From: Vicugna vicugna
Taxonomy: Eukaryota
NCBI GenBank assembly: GCA_013265495.1
Contig: MU057801.1
Coordinates: 558,001-622,000 of the forward strand
Length of the DNA: 64,000 nucleotides
Direction of reading: 5' to 3'
A program made the position numbers and the translations under genes. How positions within the stretch are numbered: the stretch's first letter is position 1; every line of letters starts with the position of its first letter. Shown piece by piece: positions 26,701-39,722 of the stretch. The notes under the pieces were generated by a model, which was not told the origin of the DNA, searched no databases, and saw only the letters and a list, made by a program, of their open reading frames with translations.

Positions 26701-29420
26701 GTGGCCGGCGGGCACCTTGCAGGATGAGGAAACTGATGCAAACAACTGCTTTTGGACCTGTCACTGTCAGGGCTGGTGTCCGGGAGTGCAAATGGGATGA
26801 ACAGAATCTGCTGAGCACTTTTTCTGCAAGATTTTTTTTTAAAGCTCTTCAGTGAAAGACACTTTATTGAAAGATCACCTCCAACAGCAAATGCGCTTTC
26901 CATCTCTCTTCTAGGGTTGAGGGTGTGTAAATGCAATGAGAGCTGCCTGGCACCTGAGAGGAAACCTTGTCTCCTCCGAGTCTTCCCACAAGCTCAGCGT
27001 AGCTCAGGGGGGTCTCCAAAGGGCACGTCTGTACTTTCTGAGAAATAGGAAGCAGGCGGTTGCCTGTGGCGTGCGGATCAGTGAGAAGACTGGTTGCAGA
27101 GTTTAAGAGGCTACAAAGATTGAGTGAAGGGGAGGTACCAGGGGAGCTAAACGTGAATTTAAGGAAGTACAGTGATAAACATCCTAAGGAACTTCATGTA
27201 AAATACGGGTGGGATTCACTGTTGGATTCGAGCCTGTTTTAACTGGAAAAACTGCCAGTAGACCCAGCGGCAGCCACTCCTCGAAGGCTGGACCCTGGCT
27301 CAAATTTGTTATCTCTGTTTATCTGCTGTCTTTACCTCCAGCCCTTAATTTCTGTAGCATCCAGAATTCCACAGACAGCACCAGGATAACTAGATACTAT
27401 ATTTACTCAAGAGCTGCTGCCCAGGCGGGGGCTCCTGGGGAACTGGTGGAAGAGCCAGGCCTTCACCCCAGGTCTCCCTCCTGGTCCCAGGCGTTCAAAG
27501 ATGGGAGTGACATACAACATTCATCAGCCCCTAATGATCTCTCGTGGGAAAGCAGTTGCTGGAGTAAGAATGTTCTTGAGTCACTTGGATTTCACAGGTT
27601 AAAAAAAAACAGAAAAACAACTTTAATGTTTAAAAAAAGCCCAAACTAGAAATAATTACAGTACAAGGCTCAAGACTGGACAGCCCTGCCCAAGATGCAG
27701 CTCTGATCTGGAGATGCAGCGACAGTTTGGGTAGGGAGGGAAACAGTGCCTGAAATTCGTACACACACAGGCCCCTGGCCGCCCTCGCCCCGGGATGTTT
27801 CAGGGGCACGGAGCTCGGTGGGAGGGACGTGAGGAGCACACGTCACACGTGGAATGTGGCCCAGGAAGGCTGCTGTGATCTGAGCCACAAGCTGCAGCCT
27901 CCAGGGTCCCAGGACTGTCACCTGAGCCCCCTCCTCGCATGACGTGCTGCAGGCTGCCTCTGACTAGAGCTATCGACTGCTCCCCGCAGGAGGGTCTCGC
28001 TGTGAGAAAGGAAGGCGGGCACAGCCGACAGCACCAGCATCGATCGGTCCGGCGGGGGGCTGAGCTTCCAGGTGAGGGTCAGCGCTCCTTCACGCCACCT
28101 GGAGGAGTCCCGGTGCCGTGTGCAGCAGGGCACCGGGAGGTGGGGCAGCAGGCCAAACGCCAGAGCCTGGGGGCTGCCTTCTCTCCTCTCGCCATCACCC
28201 GACCTCTCAGAGAAGCCGAGGACGCCGAGCGAGATCTCAGGCAGCAGAAACCCAGGCTGAGTATTTGTGCTTTCCTTCAAGGCAGACGGACCACTGCCTA
28301 ACGACTGAGAGGCTCGCAAAGCCAGGACATCAGCTCTTACCAGACGACACAAAACCCCTTCCCCACTCAAAGTCAACCCCTCCCTCCGCTTAAAGCTGAA
28401 TATTTAAAAACTGGCCCACATTGAAAAACATTCTCCTTAAGGGCGTCTCAGTGATACAAGTGGCTTTCAAAAGATTTTTGTGGAGACAAACTTCCACAGG
28501 CACAGACACACAAACTCAACTAAAAAAGCTGAGTAAAAGTATGAGGTCCTTCATGATCCGTGATGCTCGAAGGCAACATAAAATTAAAGGATTAATGAGG
28601 GCAGGCTAAAATGAAGATAAGGAACCCCCCCAAATTAAGCTAAGAACAAAATGCACCCTTTAAATGTGTGTTTCTGTGGACGTGAGAGCAGAGTGAACTC
28701 GGCTTTATTGCTTTTATATTAAATTCTTTGGATTAGAAGTCATTTAAAATCAGTTATCTCTTTTTGGCCTCCATTATAAGTCATTTCCTCCTCGTGCACA
28801 GAAAGACATCTTGGGTAATTACATAAATGGTACTAGAGTCCACTCTCCCCTAATTAGAAATTCCTTAAAGTGCCTGCATTTTGGATGTTAATTGAACTGA
28901 CACCCTCTGAGTTCTTGTATGTTGGATACTGGGGCAAGAAAGGGAGGAAGACGTGCTCTTTGCCTTCAAGGAGCTCCCTGTCCAGGGTCAGGGCGAGGGC
29001 ATCAGGGTGCTGGGCACTGTGCTGTCTGTGGAAGGCAGGCAGGGGTGCCCACCAGCCGCCCCACTCCCTGCACGGCAGGCTGCTGCTGCCCTCAACAGGC
29101 TGATCCTCCTCCCGCGATCTGGGCTGGCCTAGGGACCTGCCTTGTCCAACAGCTCTGGGACTTCCAAGGCTGGACTGGAGAAAGCCTCGGGCCTTCCACC
29201 TGGGTCTCTCAGAGCCCCGAGCAGCCCTGTGTGAAGTCTGGCGGCTGTGAGAATACCTGAGCTAGCCTAATGGGGAGGCTGCCAAAGAGTGAGGGATGTT
29301 GGGCTGCCATGCAGCTGCTCCAGCTGCTCCAGCCCAGATGCAGACACGTGAACCGTTCAGCTGAGCCTGGTCAACCCAGAGGACTGTGTGCGAGGTCCCC
29401 CTCCAACATAAGCCCTTCCA

Positions 29421-30022
29421 ACATGCACCCCAGTGTTCATAGCAGCACTATTTACAGTAGCCAAGACATGGAAGCAACCTAAATGTCCATCGACAGATGA
29501 CTGGATGAAGAAGATGTGGTACACACATACACACACACACACACGAATATTACTCAGCCATGACAAAGAGAGAAATAATGCCATCTGCAGCAACATGGAT
29601 GGACCTGGAAATGATCATTCTAAGTGAAGTAAGTCAGACAGAGAGTATGTGGAATCTAAAAAATATATATAAATTCTACTTACAAACCAAAAACAGACTC
29701 ATGGACATAGAAAACAAACTATGGTTACCAGAGGGGGAAGAGTGGGGAGGGATAAATTAGGCATTGGGGATAAACTGATACACACTACTATATATAAATA
29801 GATAAATAACAAGGTTCTACTATATAGCACAGGGAATAACTTTCAATTTTTTGTAATAAAATATAATGGAAAAGAATCTGAAAAGAAAAAATATATATGT
29901 ATGTATATGTACAACTGAATCACTTTGCTGTACACCTGAAACTAACATTTTAAATTAAAAAAATTTAAAAAAGAGCTAAAACTGAAAAAAACCAAAAAAC
30001 CAAAAACCAAAAACCAAAAAAA
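29421..30022 (+). mobile_element. L1 3' fragment (artiodactyl-type 3' UTR) with A-rich/(AAAAACC)n tail
   Basis: Translates MFIAALFTVAKTWKQPKCPSTDDWMKKMWY and ATWMDLEMIILSEVSQTE; 3' UTR contains caactgaatcactttgctgtacacctgaaactaaca. Confidence 0.95.
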
Positions 30023-30524
30023 GACAAACCTCTGCAGAGGCTGACTTTCCCCGGCAGGTCTCCGCTGCCAGGTATGAGAGGACAAGACTAGGAATCATAT
30101 TAAAATCCTAAAATTCTATTAAAATGAAAATGTTTTTTATCTAAAATTAGGAAGGAAGTTAAGCTCCACTGAGATTCACCCCATGGCCTGAGCCTGGCTC
30201 CCTGCACGCCCGTCTCTGCAGGTGCCCCAGTCGGGACCAGTCCAGGCTGCGTGAGCCGTCACCACACGGTGAGGGGCCGGGATTCACAAGACCCTCCATG
30301 CCAAGGTTCTGAATTCTGTTCTCACAGACGTGAGCCTCCCTCCCACAGACTGTCCGGAGGCAGGTCACGACGTGCAAACTTTTCGTCCACACGTCAGTTG
30401 GACCTTTATCTCACGGGAAGGTTCTTACAAAGCGCTTGAACATAAAGATGAATTACTCATCTTTCCTTTTTATAGAAAAACAAATGTTCTAAACTTGGTG
30501 ACGTTTTGTGATGACAAGGGGCTG

Positions 30525-30600
30525 ACTTCATTCATTCATTCAGCGAGGATTTACTGAACAAATGTTTACTCTGTGGCAGGTGCGGAGACTACAGCCGGGG
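30525..30600 (-). mobile_element. L2 3' terminal fragment
   Basis: (ttca)n followed by atttactgaaca...tactctgtggcagg, the reverse L2 tail signature. Confidence 0.6.
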
Positions 30601-32009
30601 CGGGTACCCACCCGGGAAACACCGGCCGGCCTCCGACAGGCGCCCCGTGGTCTGTGACGTGAAAGGTCAGCTCTCCCCCTTGGAGGCCGAGGGCACTGAG
30701 CATCCAGCCTCCCCGGACTCTGGGCTTGCCTCTGAGTGAGGTGGAGACCCCCGAGGAGTGTGACCAGGGCAGCCACGTGGTCTGCCTCCCATTTCAGCAG
30801 GCTGGCGTCGGCTGGGGGCAGACGGGGGGACCATCGGGAAGCCACGGTCAGCTGCACAGCCTTAGCTGTTCTCTTAGGGAAAATGCCCTATTATTTCTTC
30901 CTAGTAAAGGTGACACTTTGACCTTGAGGGAAAGAGTAACTGCTCTTGAAAGAAACATGCCCTGGAAAGAAAATGTGGGAATCCAAGAAATGTGGGCAAG
31001 TGCTGGCCTCAGCACGGGAATTTTCCAGAAAGCTCTCAGGTCTGTACCACCAAGAAACTCCTAAACAGAACTTCGTAAGCAATTTGTAACCTCCCAAGGG
31101 AAGACTTTACTACATTCTCAGTCTGTTAAAACATACAACAACGCCACAACTGGTAAGACATCAGGGAAGACGGGAACTTCCCCCCAGACATCTGTCAGGG
31201 CCGGCACAGAACTGGTGTCTGAGAATCAAAAGTGAGCACGAGGCCCGGCTCCCGGCGCGGACGGCGGCCTCCCGCCCCGCGGGCCTGCGTTTCGGGGCGA
31301 GGCTTGGCTGTCAGCCTGAAACTGAGTATCACAGTAAGCCGGGTTCAGAGGGCGCCTTAAATCGCTGAGTCACAGAGCCCTTAAACCACGGTTACGAAAA
31401 TAACGAAGCACACTTCATCCCACTGTCCTCATTAAAATGCTGTCAGTAGCTGAAGCTAAAGCAGAACAACCTCACTCTGTTCAACATAAAACCCTTCCGT
31501 GATCACTTATTTCACCTTCATCACATCCTTTCAGACTCATCACTGAGCTCACGAGATGACGCCATGGCACACTCAGAGCCCAGGGCCTGCATGTACTTTG
31601 AGAGACACCTGGAGACACACAGACACATGTGAACAACCTGAAGGTGCAACTAGAAGTAACCTTCTCCCTCAGAGCGCCCACGACCTTCTGATTCTCTCCT
31701 GAATCCTGTGTTTCAGGGACTCAACAAACGCCCCCCGGGCCCCGAACTTCCAGCGCCCGTACTGGCTGGAAGCTGGGGCAAGACCATCCATGCCTGCATC
31801 CCACAGTCTAGGCTCGGCCGCAAGGATGAGGGCTGGAGGAGGAACCAGGTCACAGGGCGTGTGCGGGGCAGTCCGGGACCTGACCTGCTCTCCGGGCTAG
31901 GGCACGTGGTCATGGAGAGGGTGCGGGGTGCGGGGCCCCCTGCGCTCCACCTGCACCCACCAGCTTGTTCCTGTGTCATTCCCATGACCCCACTGCTTCT
32001 CAGGGACAG

Positions 32010-32560
32010 CACCTGGCTGCCAGGCTTCTCCTGGGCTCTAGGTGTTGGGCACAGAGCAGTGAGCAAAACAAAGTCCTTCCCCCATGCAGCGTTCATGCCA
32101 GTGGGAGAAGGAGACAGTCTGTAACAAACGACGCGCCGTGAGGAGAGCAGGGGCGAGGCCCGGAGGGCTTGCTCCTTTAGATCGCTTTCTCATAGAGGCT
32201 TCTGAGCAGAGACCGAAGGGAAGGGAAGCGGGAACCTGACGCTGACACTGGGGCGGGGTCAGCGGGGGGGTGATTCTCAGCAGAGCATGTGGGTCCTGAG
32301 TCTGGAACCTGCTGGCAGGGCCTTATGAGGACTCTGGATTCCCTACGGGTGAGGATGAGAAGCAACGGGAGGGCTCTGAGCTGCAATGTGCTCTGGTTTC
32401 TGTTTTAGAAGGTAACTCTGGCTGCTGGAGGGTTTTGCAGGGAGACAGGGAGGAGGCTGCTGCGCTGGCCCAGGGAGAGGTGAGGGACAAGGACGCCCAG
32501 CCCGGGCCGGGGGCGGGGGAGGTGCAAAGCGGCTGGATTCGGGTTATGTTCCGAGCAATA
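32010..32560 (-). mobile_element. L2 LINE fragment
   Basis: ctctaggtgttgggcacagagcagtgagcaaaacaaagtcct...ttttagaaggtaactctggctgctg...ggctggattcgggttatgtt. Confidence 0.7.
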
Positions 32561-35500
32561 ACCCACATTACACACACTTCATCCCACAGATCCTGACAAT
32601 AACCGGGGTGGGGGGGTTATTATCCTCATTTTACAGATAAGGAACCTGACAGAGATGCAGATACTTGTTAAAAGCTAAAGAACTTCCAACTGAAACTGTG
32701 ACACCAGCCATCACACATCACCCGCATCAAAAAGGGGACACTGGACCATTGACCCCGCGCTTGCAGGAAACCCGCTGCTGAGGAGGGAAGGAAACGTCAC
32801 CGGAAGCACAGACTCGACCGCGCGGGCCCACCGCGCCGCCCGGCGGTACCGCCCAACGTGGAATCCAGAGAAAGACTTTACGCTGCATTCGCGTGTCCTC
32901 TTACAAACCCGAAGTCTGCTGTCCCACTGAGCTATCACTGGGGAGCCCTGCTTAAACAACGCGTCCACGTGACAAACCCGCCCGGGAACCGGGGGCGCCC
33001 ACAGCCACTGAAGCAGCAGATCTGCCGCCGTATTGACTGCGGCCTAACGGGTGAGAACTGGGGCAAATGAATCCAGGAAAAGGAGTGATGAAAGGGCGCG
33101 CGCGTTTACTCAGAGGAAGCCAGTAAATTAAAAGCAGAGCACATCGCATTCTGATCTCACAGGCGCTAAAACCAACACTCGGAGGAGCCTGAAATTCTAC
33201 AGAAAGTAGGGCAGTTTCTGTGCAGTGTTTATGCACAAAATATAGGCTTCTGTTGGACAAAATTACAACACACAAATACAGAAATAATCCGCTTTCTTCA
33301 CTCTGACCATTTAAATACTGTTTTCTGATGTAGACTTCTGAGGTGCACATAGGTGGTTATATGCAGAGAATGAGAGAGGCATAAATTCTATTTTCCCAAA
33401 TTTATGAGTAGATAGAATTTCCAAGACATTCTAAAGAGGCTCTCCTTTTTTTAAAGGAGTCTAAAATCCTCTGAAAATATTCCTTAAATTTAAAACTAAT
33501 TTCCATGTCTTCCTCGCATTCATTTTAAAATCGGTTTCTTGGAAGTATAAATTCAGTTTCACTAAGTTCAGTTCATTTCATTTAAAATACGTGATGGAAA
33601 CTACACACGCATCCTCGTTGTCTCCTCCCAGCCCAGCTGAACTCTCATCAGCAGAACACAGCGTGTCGACAGCCTTCCTCGTCTGGGAGAAAGTCCTGTT
33701 CTCGGACGCTGAAGGCAGAACGCGCTGGTGAGTGGCAGCGGCCCTCCCCGGCAAGCCTGCGCCTTCTTTGAATTCCACTGAGGATGGCAGTTTGGATGGA
33801 GACCCCAAAATCTATTCTGTCCATCTGTTTTATTATTCTTAGAACAACTGTCAAAAGTTGCCCAGGGATCAAGTTGCAAACATACTAATTTGCCTTTGAA
33901 AAGTAGGCCCTGGGGGAGTTCTGGAACTCTGCTTATAAATTCAGAATCCCATCAGCCAGCGAGCCTGCCTGCCCTTTGTGGAGGTATGAGACTTCGCACT
34001 CCCAGGCACACATCTGCTTCCACGCCAGGATGCGCTGATAGACTTACAGCCCACTTCATAGGCAAATGAAGGGAGAACCAGAGGGACTTGGCATCTCGAG
34101 GGCTGGCTTGTTCCATGGCGAGGAGACTCTGCTTCTGAGGAAGCAGCCCCTCTATTGATCACTGATGGATTAAGGATGAAAGCTTTGCAATGGAGAGTTT
34201 AAACGAGCAGACGAGGCAGAGGGACACATGTACTGTCTCCTTTTACATCCTAAGGCCAAATTAGGAAGATCGCAGACTGAAATGAAGCATTGGAAGAAAT
34301 AAGCTGAAGTCAGGGAAATATCACAAACCACTAAATACTGCACTGTTTCCCTGTGATTCTGATGAAAGTGACAGGAAGGTCGTTTGGACGTAGGTGACAC
34401 CGATGTCCAAGGATGTGTCTGATTAAAACAGTGTGGCCTTTTGGAAACCTGCCACTCTGGTGGGAACTAAGGCAGCTGAGTCCTTCTCAAGTCAAAGGCA
34501 CGTGCAAAATACAACATCAGGTCCACCGTGCCTCCATAGCGGTCCCCATCCGGACGCCTGGTCGCAGTCGGGGTAGGGGATGGTGCGGGCACCAGCACTG
34601 ACTCCCACAGCTTCCGTCCTTCCCCTACCCCGGCCTCAGTGGTCTCCGTCAAGTCTCAGGGGGTAAAGCTAAATGCTTTCAAAGCACAGGACCCCAGAAA
34701 CACATTCGAAGCACAACATTCAAAGTCCCCATTTCAGAGTTTGGTAAAATTGAACAGGGTGAACCAGAGAGGACATCCTTTCAAGGCGGACCTGGTGGCA
34801 CCTGGGGTGTTCTCACCCACAGATCACCAAAGAAGTATTCTGCTTTGATGGAAAAATTTACTAGAGTGTGTTGCAAATTACTCCAGCGCTGAAATCTGCT
34901 GGGAGCTCGCTGCAGACGCTAAGGCAGACGGGCACAGAAGGAATCACCATTTGGACTTGCCGGCTTTGTCCTTCTTTGGCGCTGCACAATCTCTTATTAT
35001 AATAAGGCATGTATTATCCTTTTTGGAGATTTGAATAACAGAAAGTCTCACTTTCAAATATATCGCTTATAATCCCAGAGTCTACTAAATGTTCTGGGAC
35101 GCTGTTTATGGCATTAGGTTCCTTTTAAAATGGGGCTGATAATTAGTAAACTGAAATTTGATTAATGTTGGATGAAGAAGTTCTGATGTCTCCTTGCAAT
35201 GTGTTATTTCAGTCTGTGGGCACTGGAAGAGCTTGTCCTCAGGAAACACATTCCTTCCCCTTTCCAGGATGGGAGGATGAATTTAAAATCCTGATATTTT
35301 TCAAAACAGGATTCAGTTTGTAATCAACAGTTCGTAATGTAGGATTCAGTTTTTTTTTCTCTCACTCTTTTTTGTTTGTTTTCTCACTTTGAAGCTGGAG
35401 CCAATGAATTAACTATTTGAGAGAGAACAAAACAGTCGAGAAATAAAAGTCTTCCTCCAAAACCGCCCAGGGTGGGCCCCCCTAGTCCTGGGGAGGGACC

Positions 35501-38500
35501 TGGCACGTCAGATGGTCAGGCGGACTCAGCCCTCACCGACATCAAGCACAGAATTCTGAGACTACCACGGCTTCTCTGAAACATACAAATATCAAAGCCT
35601 GTGAAAATGACCTCCAGGCAATATTTGCAGGAAAAATTTTAAAGTAGTATCACCCTGTGCTCTTCATAGTTAAGGGTTAGGGATAACTCTGGTAGTTTTG
35701 CTAGGATTATGAAAAAGTTTGTGATGGCCAGAATTTTTTCCAAGCTCCGTGGCCAAAAGGTTCCACATTTCCTCTTCGCCTGAGTTTTAAAATTCACACT
35801 CTAGTTTGCCTGCTGCTGCGGCGTATGTAAGATCCAGGAGCAACGGCTCCCTTGGAGGCAGTGTGAGTCCCAGAGTCGCCGTCTGACCACTAGAGAAATC
35901 TTGTCCTTTACGGAATGACCTTCTCTCTTTGAACATGCAGACATTAATAAATGTTAAATGCCCAGAAATCCTAGCGGCCCTATGAGACAGGTGAGCAGGG
36001 TCAGCAGATACCCTCCCGCCTGCTTTTCTAGTATCTTGCCAAGCGCAAAATTTATTTGGGAACAACAGCGGAATTTGTGTCATCATGACCAAATGATTAC
36101 AGTGCAAGCCGAGATTCTCCTGGGGCCCAGCAGGCTTCTGGTCCCTATGGAAACGCAGCCTCAGACACTGTCCTCCACTCGGCTGGAGGGCGGCGCCCGA
36201 GGCTTTTGTGCCGGCTGAGGTTTCTTCCACAGCCTTCCAGCACCAGACCCCGCGCTTCCTCCCAACTCCCTTCTAATTGAGATGCAAATTAATCTCTCTG
36301 GCTGATTACACTCCCCTTAAAGCTACTGACAAACGCAGCTGTAACCAGAGTTCGTGGACTTCCCAACAAGTGACTTCAGCTGTCAGCGTTCGCCTGCGAC
36401 ACTGGCCGGTGGCGCGGGGTGGGGGCTGCGAGGGCCTCCCGGGTCTCCTGGCGGGCTATGTCCGCTGTGAAGTTCACACACAGTTGCCAGTCACGAAGAC
36501 AACCGGACGACCCGCCCGTAGGGTTTAGAAACAGACTCCAGGCCAGGGTTAAATATTTAGGGTCTCCAGATGCACCCCCTCAACCGTGCTGGGCGCCAGC
36601 CCCCTCCCACAGGCCCTGGGAGACCCCACCTTTGCTTCCTGCCTGCGGTCTTCTGACTTGACAATGAATCCATCTCTCTGACTGACCACATGCATGGCTC
36701 TAAGCATGTGGGATTACCGAATAGCCTTCACTTCTCATCGCTCTCAGTAAAATTCTATTAATTTAAAATCAAATACAAAGTCGCATTCTGATTGCCGGGA
36801 TTTCCACATAAACGTCCTCCAGTAATTTTTGGGGTGGTGAGGAAGGCGTTATTATTTAGAACGCAGTAGAAAAGTAATTTGCACAAAACACCCTGTCGTT
36901 CAATATAAAGACACACAAAATCCAATTTTTCAGTAAAATGCGAACTTTTCCCTCTTGAATACAACTATCTATGTGTTTTTGAAACGTAAAACTGGTTCAA
37001 GAACTGATTACTGAGCACGCGCTACGTGCCCGGTGCTGTCCCGAGGGCTGGGGATTGGCTGTAAGATAAACACTCGAAAATGGGGGGAAAGGACTTAAAA
37101 TGTACCTATCTGTACATACACAGATACAGGTTCTGTTTGCAGAGTTCTATTTCTAATTTTGAAAAAATGCAATTTTATAAAATATGAGTTGCTTTTGTTG
37201 TTTGTCTTCCAAAATGCTTTTTTTTAAAAGCAAACTAATCTCCGCCCTCACCCCCCCCCGGCCCCATTTCTCCCTTCTCTCTCTCTCTCACACACACACA
37301 CACACTCACAACGTACCAGGAGGCAGATGTGGGAGGAACCCCAAGAGGATGGGCAGCTTCCAGTACAACTAGGGGATGGGAGAGGGTGGGGAGGAGGGGC
37401 TGGCAAGGAGCCTGGAGGGCGAGGTGGCCGGGGAAGGCGGCCAGCCCTTGGGGGCGGGCATCAGAGGGGCTGGGAGGGGAATCCACGGGGGCTGCCGTAG
37501 CCCGAGGCCCCGCAGGGGTAAGCAGCACCCCCTGGGACGGAAGGGATGAGATGGGGTGGCCCAGCCACGGACCCGAGTGGGAAGAGAGGGAGCTGGGGCT
37601 GGCGTCCGCCTGGTTTCTGCGTGGACTGTCAGGTTTATGACAGCCTTTCCTGAAGGTATGGGTGTTTGTCTAAGCCACCCAACAGCAAAAGCAGCAAGAC
37701 GGCTTTCTTCTCCGCGCCCCCCACCCCCCGGAGGGCTTCCCTGCACCACCGTGCGCCTCTTCTGGGCCTCCATCCCGGGCAGGGGTGGAGGGCAGCGCCC
37801 GCCCCAGGGAGCCCACCTTTCTCGCGGGGGCCTTCGGCAAGTCCCGGGGAGCAGGGAGCAGTCTCCAGCCTCTGTCTGAGCACCTGTGACGGTGAAAGTA
37901 CGTCCAAGGCCCAACCCCACAGTGGGTGGTTCCACGCTTTAGAGCAGAGGTTCGAACTCTGACGTCCACGGGGCCCAGGCTGGCAGGGCGATGAAGGTAA
38001 CTGCTGTGACACTTACTGGGCCCTCTCCCAGGACCAGGCACTGTTCACCTGCGGAGCCCACCGACCCCCTTGCTCCCTCAGAGGGAGACCAGGCGGGCTG
38101 CGGTGAACAGGGGGCAGTATCCAGCCAGTCAGGAGACGGACCGCTGCCAACAGCAAAGGAGACCCTGGGAATCAGAGGCTCTGCTTCTTCCAGAGAAGTC
38201 AGAAATCTAGATTTTCTAAAATGCAAAAATCTCTCAACTTTTCAACATGCCTGACAAACTCAATTTTGACGAGTAATGCTGGAGGCCCCTGCGGCTCCAA
38301 CAAAGCCCACCCGGGGGCTGAATTTGGCCTGCAGGCAGCTGGCCTGTGGGCCCTGGTTTTTGCATGTTTGCTTTGACATTGAGCTAAAACTCGCTTCCCA
38401 ACTGTCTCTGTTCATGGTCCCCAGTGCTGCAGCCTGGTCTCCTCTTAAACCCCCAGGATCCTGAGACAACGCCTCCCTGGGTTTAACGGCTCCCCAAGAT

Positions 38501-39643
38501 GTCAGGCACCATGGTCCCAGTTCCCCTGGACTTGCTCTGGTCCTGGAGTCTACCCCACGTCTACCATGAGGCCTGAGGCCAGGCCTTTGTTCCTCGTGCC
38601 GCGGCCTTAGAGCACACCTGTGGGGTCAGCTGCTGGGCCACCCTCGTCCCTCATCTCAGATCTGCGCTCAACCACGACCCTCGGATGGACGTGTGTGACA
38701 GTGACCGCCAGCTGCCGCGCAGCACCACCCTCAGCCTGCATGGACACTGATTAGCTGAACCCGAGGGCGGGTTGGTTTAGACTTGGAAGTCCGGCTGCTG
38801 AGATAACCCTCGTGTCTGATTTTGCCCTGGGTCAAGTTAGGTAGCCCTCTCAGCTTTCTTACAAATGGTATTTTGGTAAACAGGTGTTCTGGACCTTTGT
38901 GAAAGTCGCTGATGAGGAAGTCACTGGAGGGAGGAGGGCCTGACGGGACAGCACCAGCCCAGGGGGATGGGCTCGCACTTCCCTCTCACACCTGCTAGGC
39001 GGTTATGATCCTGTCTGGTGTTTCACCAAAATTAAGATTTATGTTCATAAGCTTTCTCTAATCTCTGAAAACAGAAATTGTACCACAGTGTGTTTGGGAT
39101 ATTTTATTCTGCGTGAATTCAGTGTTTTCTGAAAGCTCACAAGCTGTTTAATATTTATCAAGTCTTAAAAATTTTACAAGGATTCCAAAATTCATCCTTT
39201 ATCCCTATTTGAAAATGAGGAAAATAGTTCCCTGTGTTCAGTTCCGGGTGTGTCCTTTATTTTGCATGACTTTTGAAAAATCAGTTCTCGTAACGTGCTC
39301 TACAACCAGACAAATGTGGCCTTGGAGGCTGGACGTTACTTGCAGGGGCCAATTCTTTTTGGTTTGTTTGTTTTGTCTTGTTGTGTTCTCAGGGTCTTGA
39401 GGGTTTTTTTTAAATCAATATGTGGTCAATAACATCTAATAAAATTCTAGAGCCACTTCAAGGAAAATCTCAAAAGAAACAGGAAAACATGAACATGGCT
39501 TAAATATGCTAAAACTATTAACCAAAACAACAACAAAACAAACAAACAAGAGCAGCAGCATTTATAAAGCACAATGCTAAAGCCGTTTCCCCTGAAATCA
39601 GAAACAAGACCACGACATCAACTTACACTATTTTTGTTCAAAA

Positions 39644-39722
39644 TTGGCTGAATTGTGTTCCCTCAGAATTCACGCTAAAGCCTTCACCTCCCACGTGACT
39701 GCACTGGAGGTGTGGCCTCTGT
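39644..39722 (+). mobile_element. MLT1-type (ERVL-MaLR) LTR 5' fragment
   Basis: ggctgaattgtgttccctcagaattcacgctaaagccttcacctcccacgtgactgcactggaggtgtggcct resembles the MLT1 LTR start. Confidence 0.6.

Noticed and set aside
28092..28105. CTCF-like motif CCTCCAGGTGGCGT (minus strand)
   Set aside because: A single imperfect match in GC-rich DNA; it cannot be supported without PWM scoring or ChIP.
34330..34400. Minus-strand peptide QNHRE matching part of the expected next RALGAPA2 exon
   Set aside because: The flanking residues (PSCHFH / TVQYLVV) show no similarity and there is no suitably placed acceptor; a chance 5-mer.
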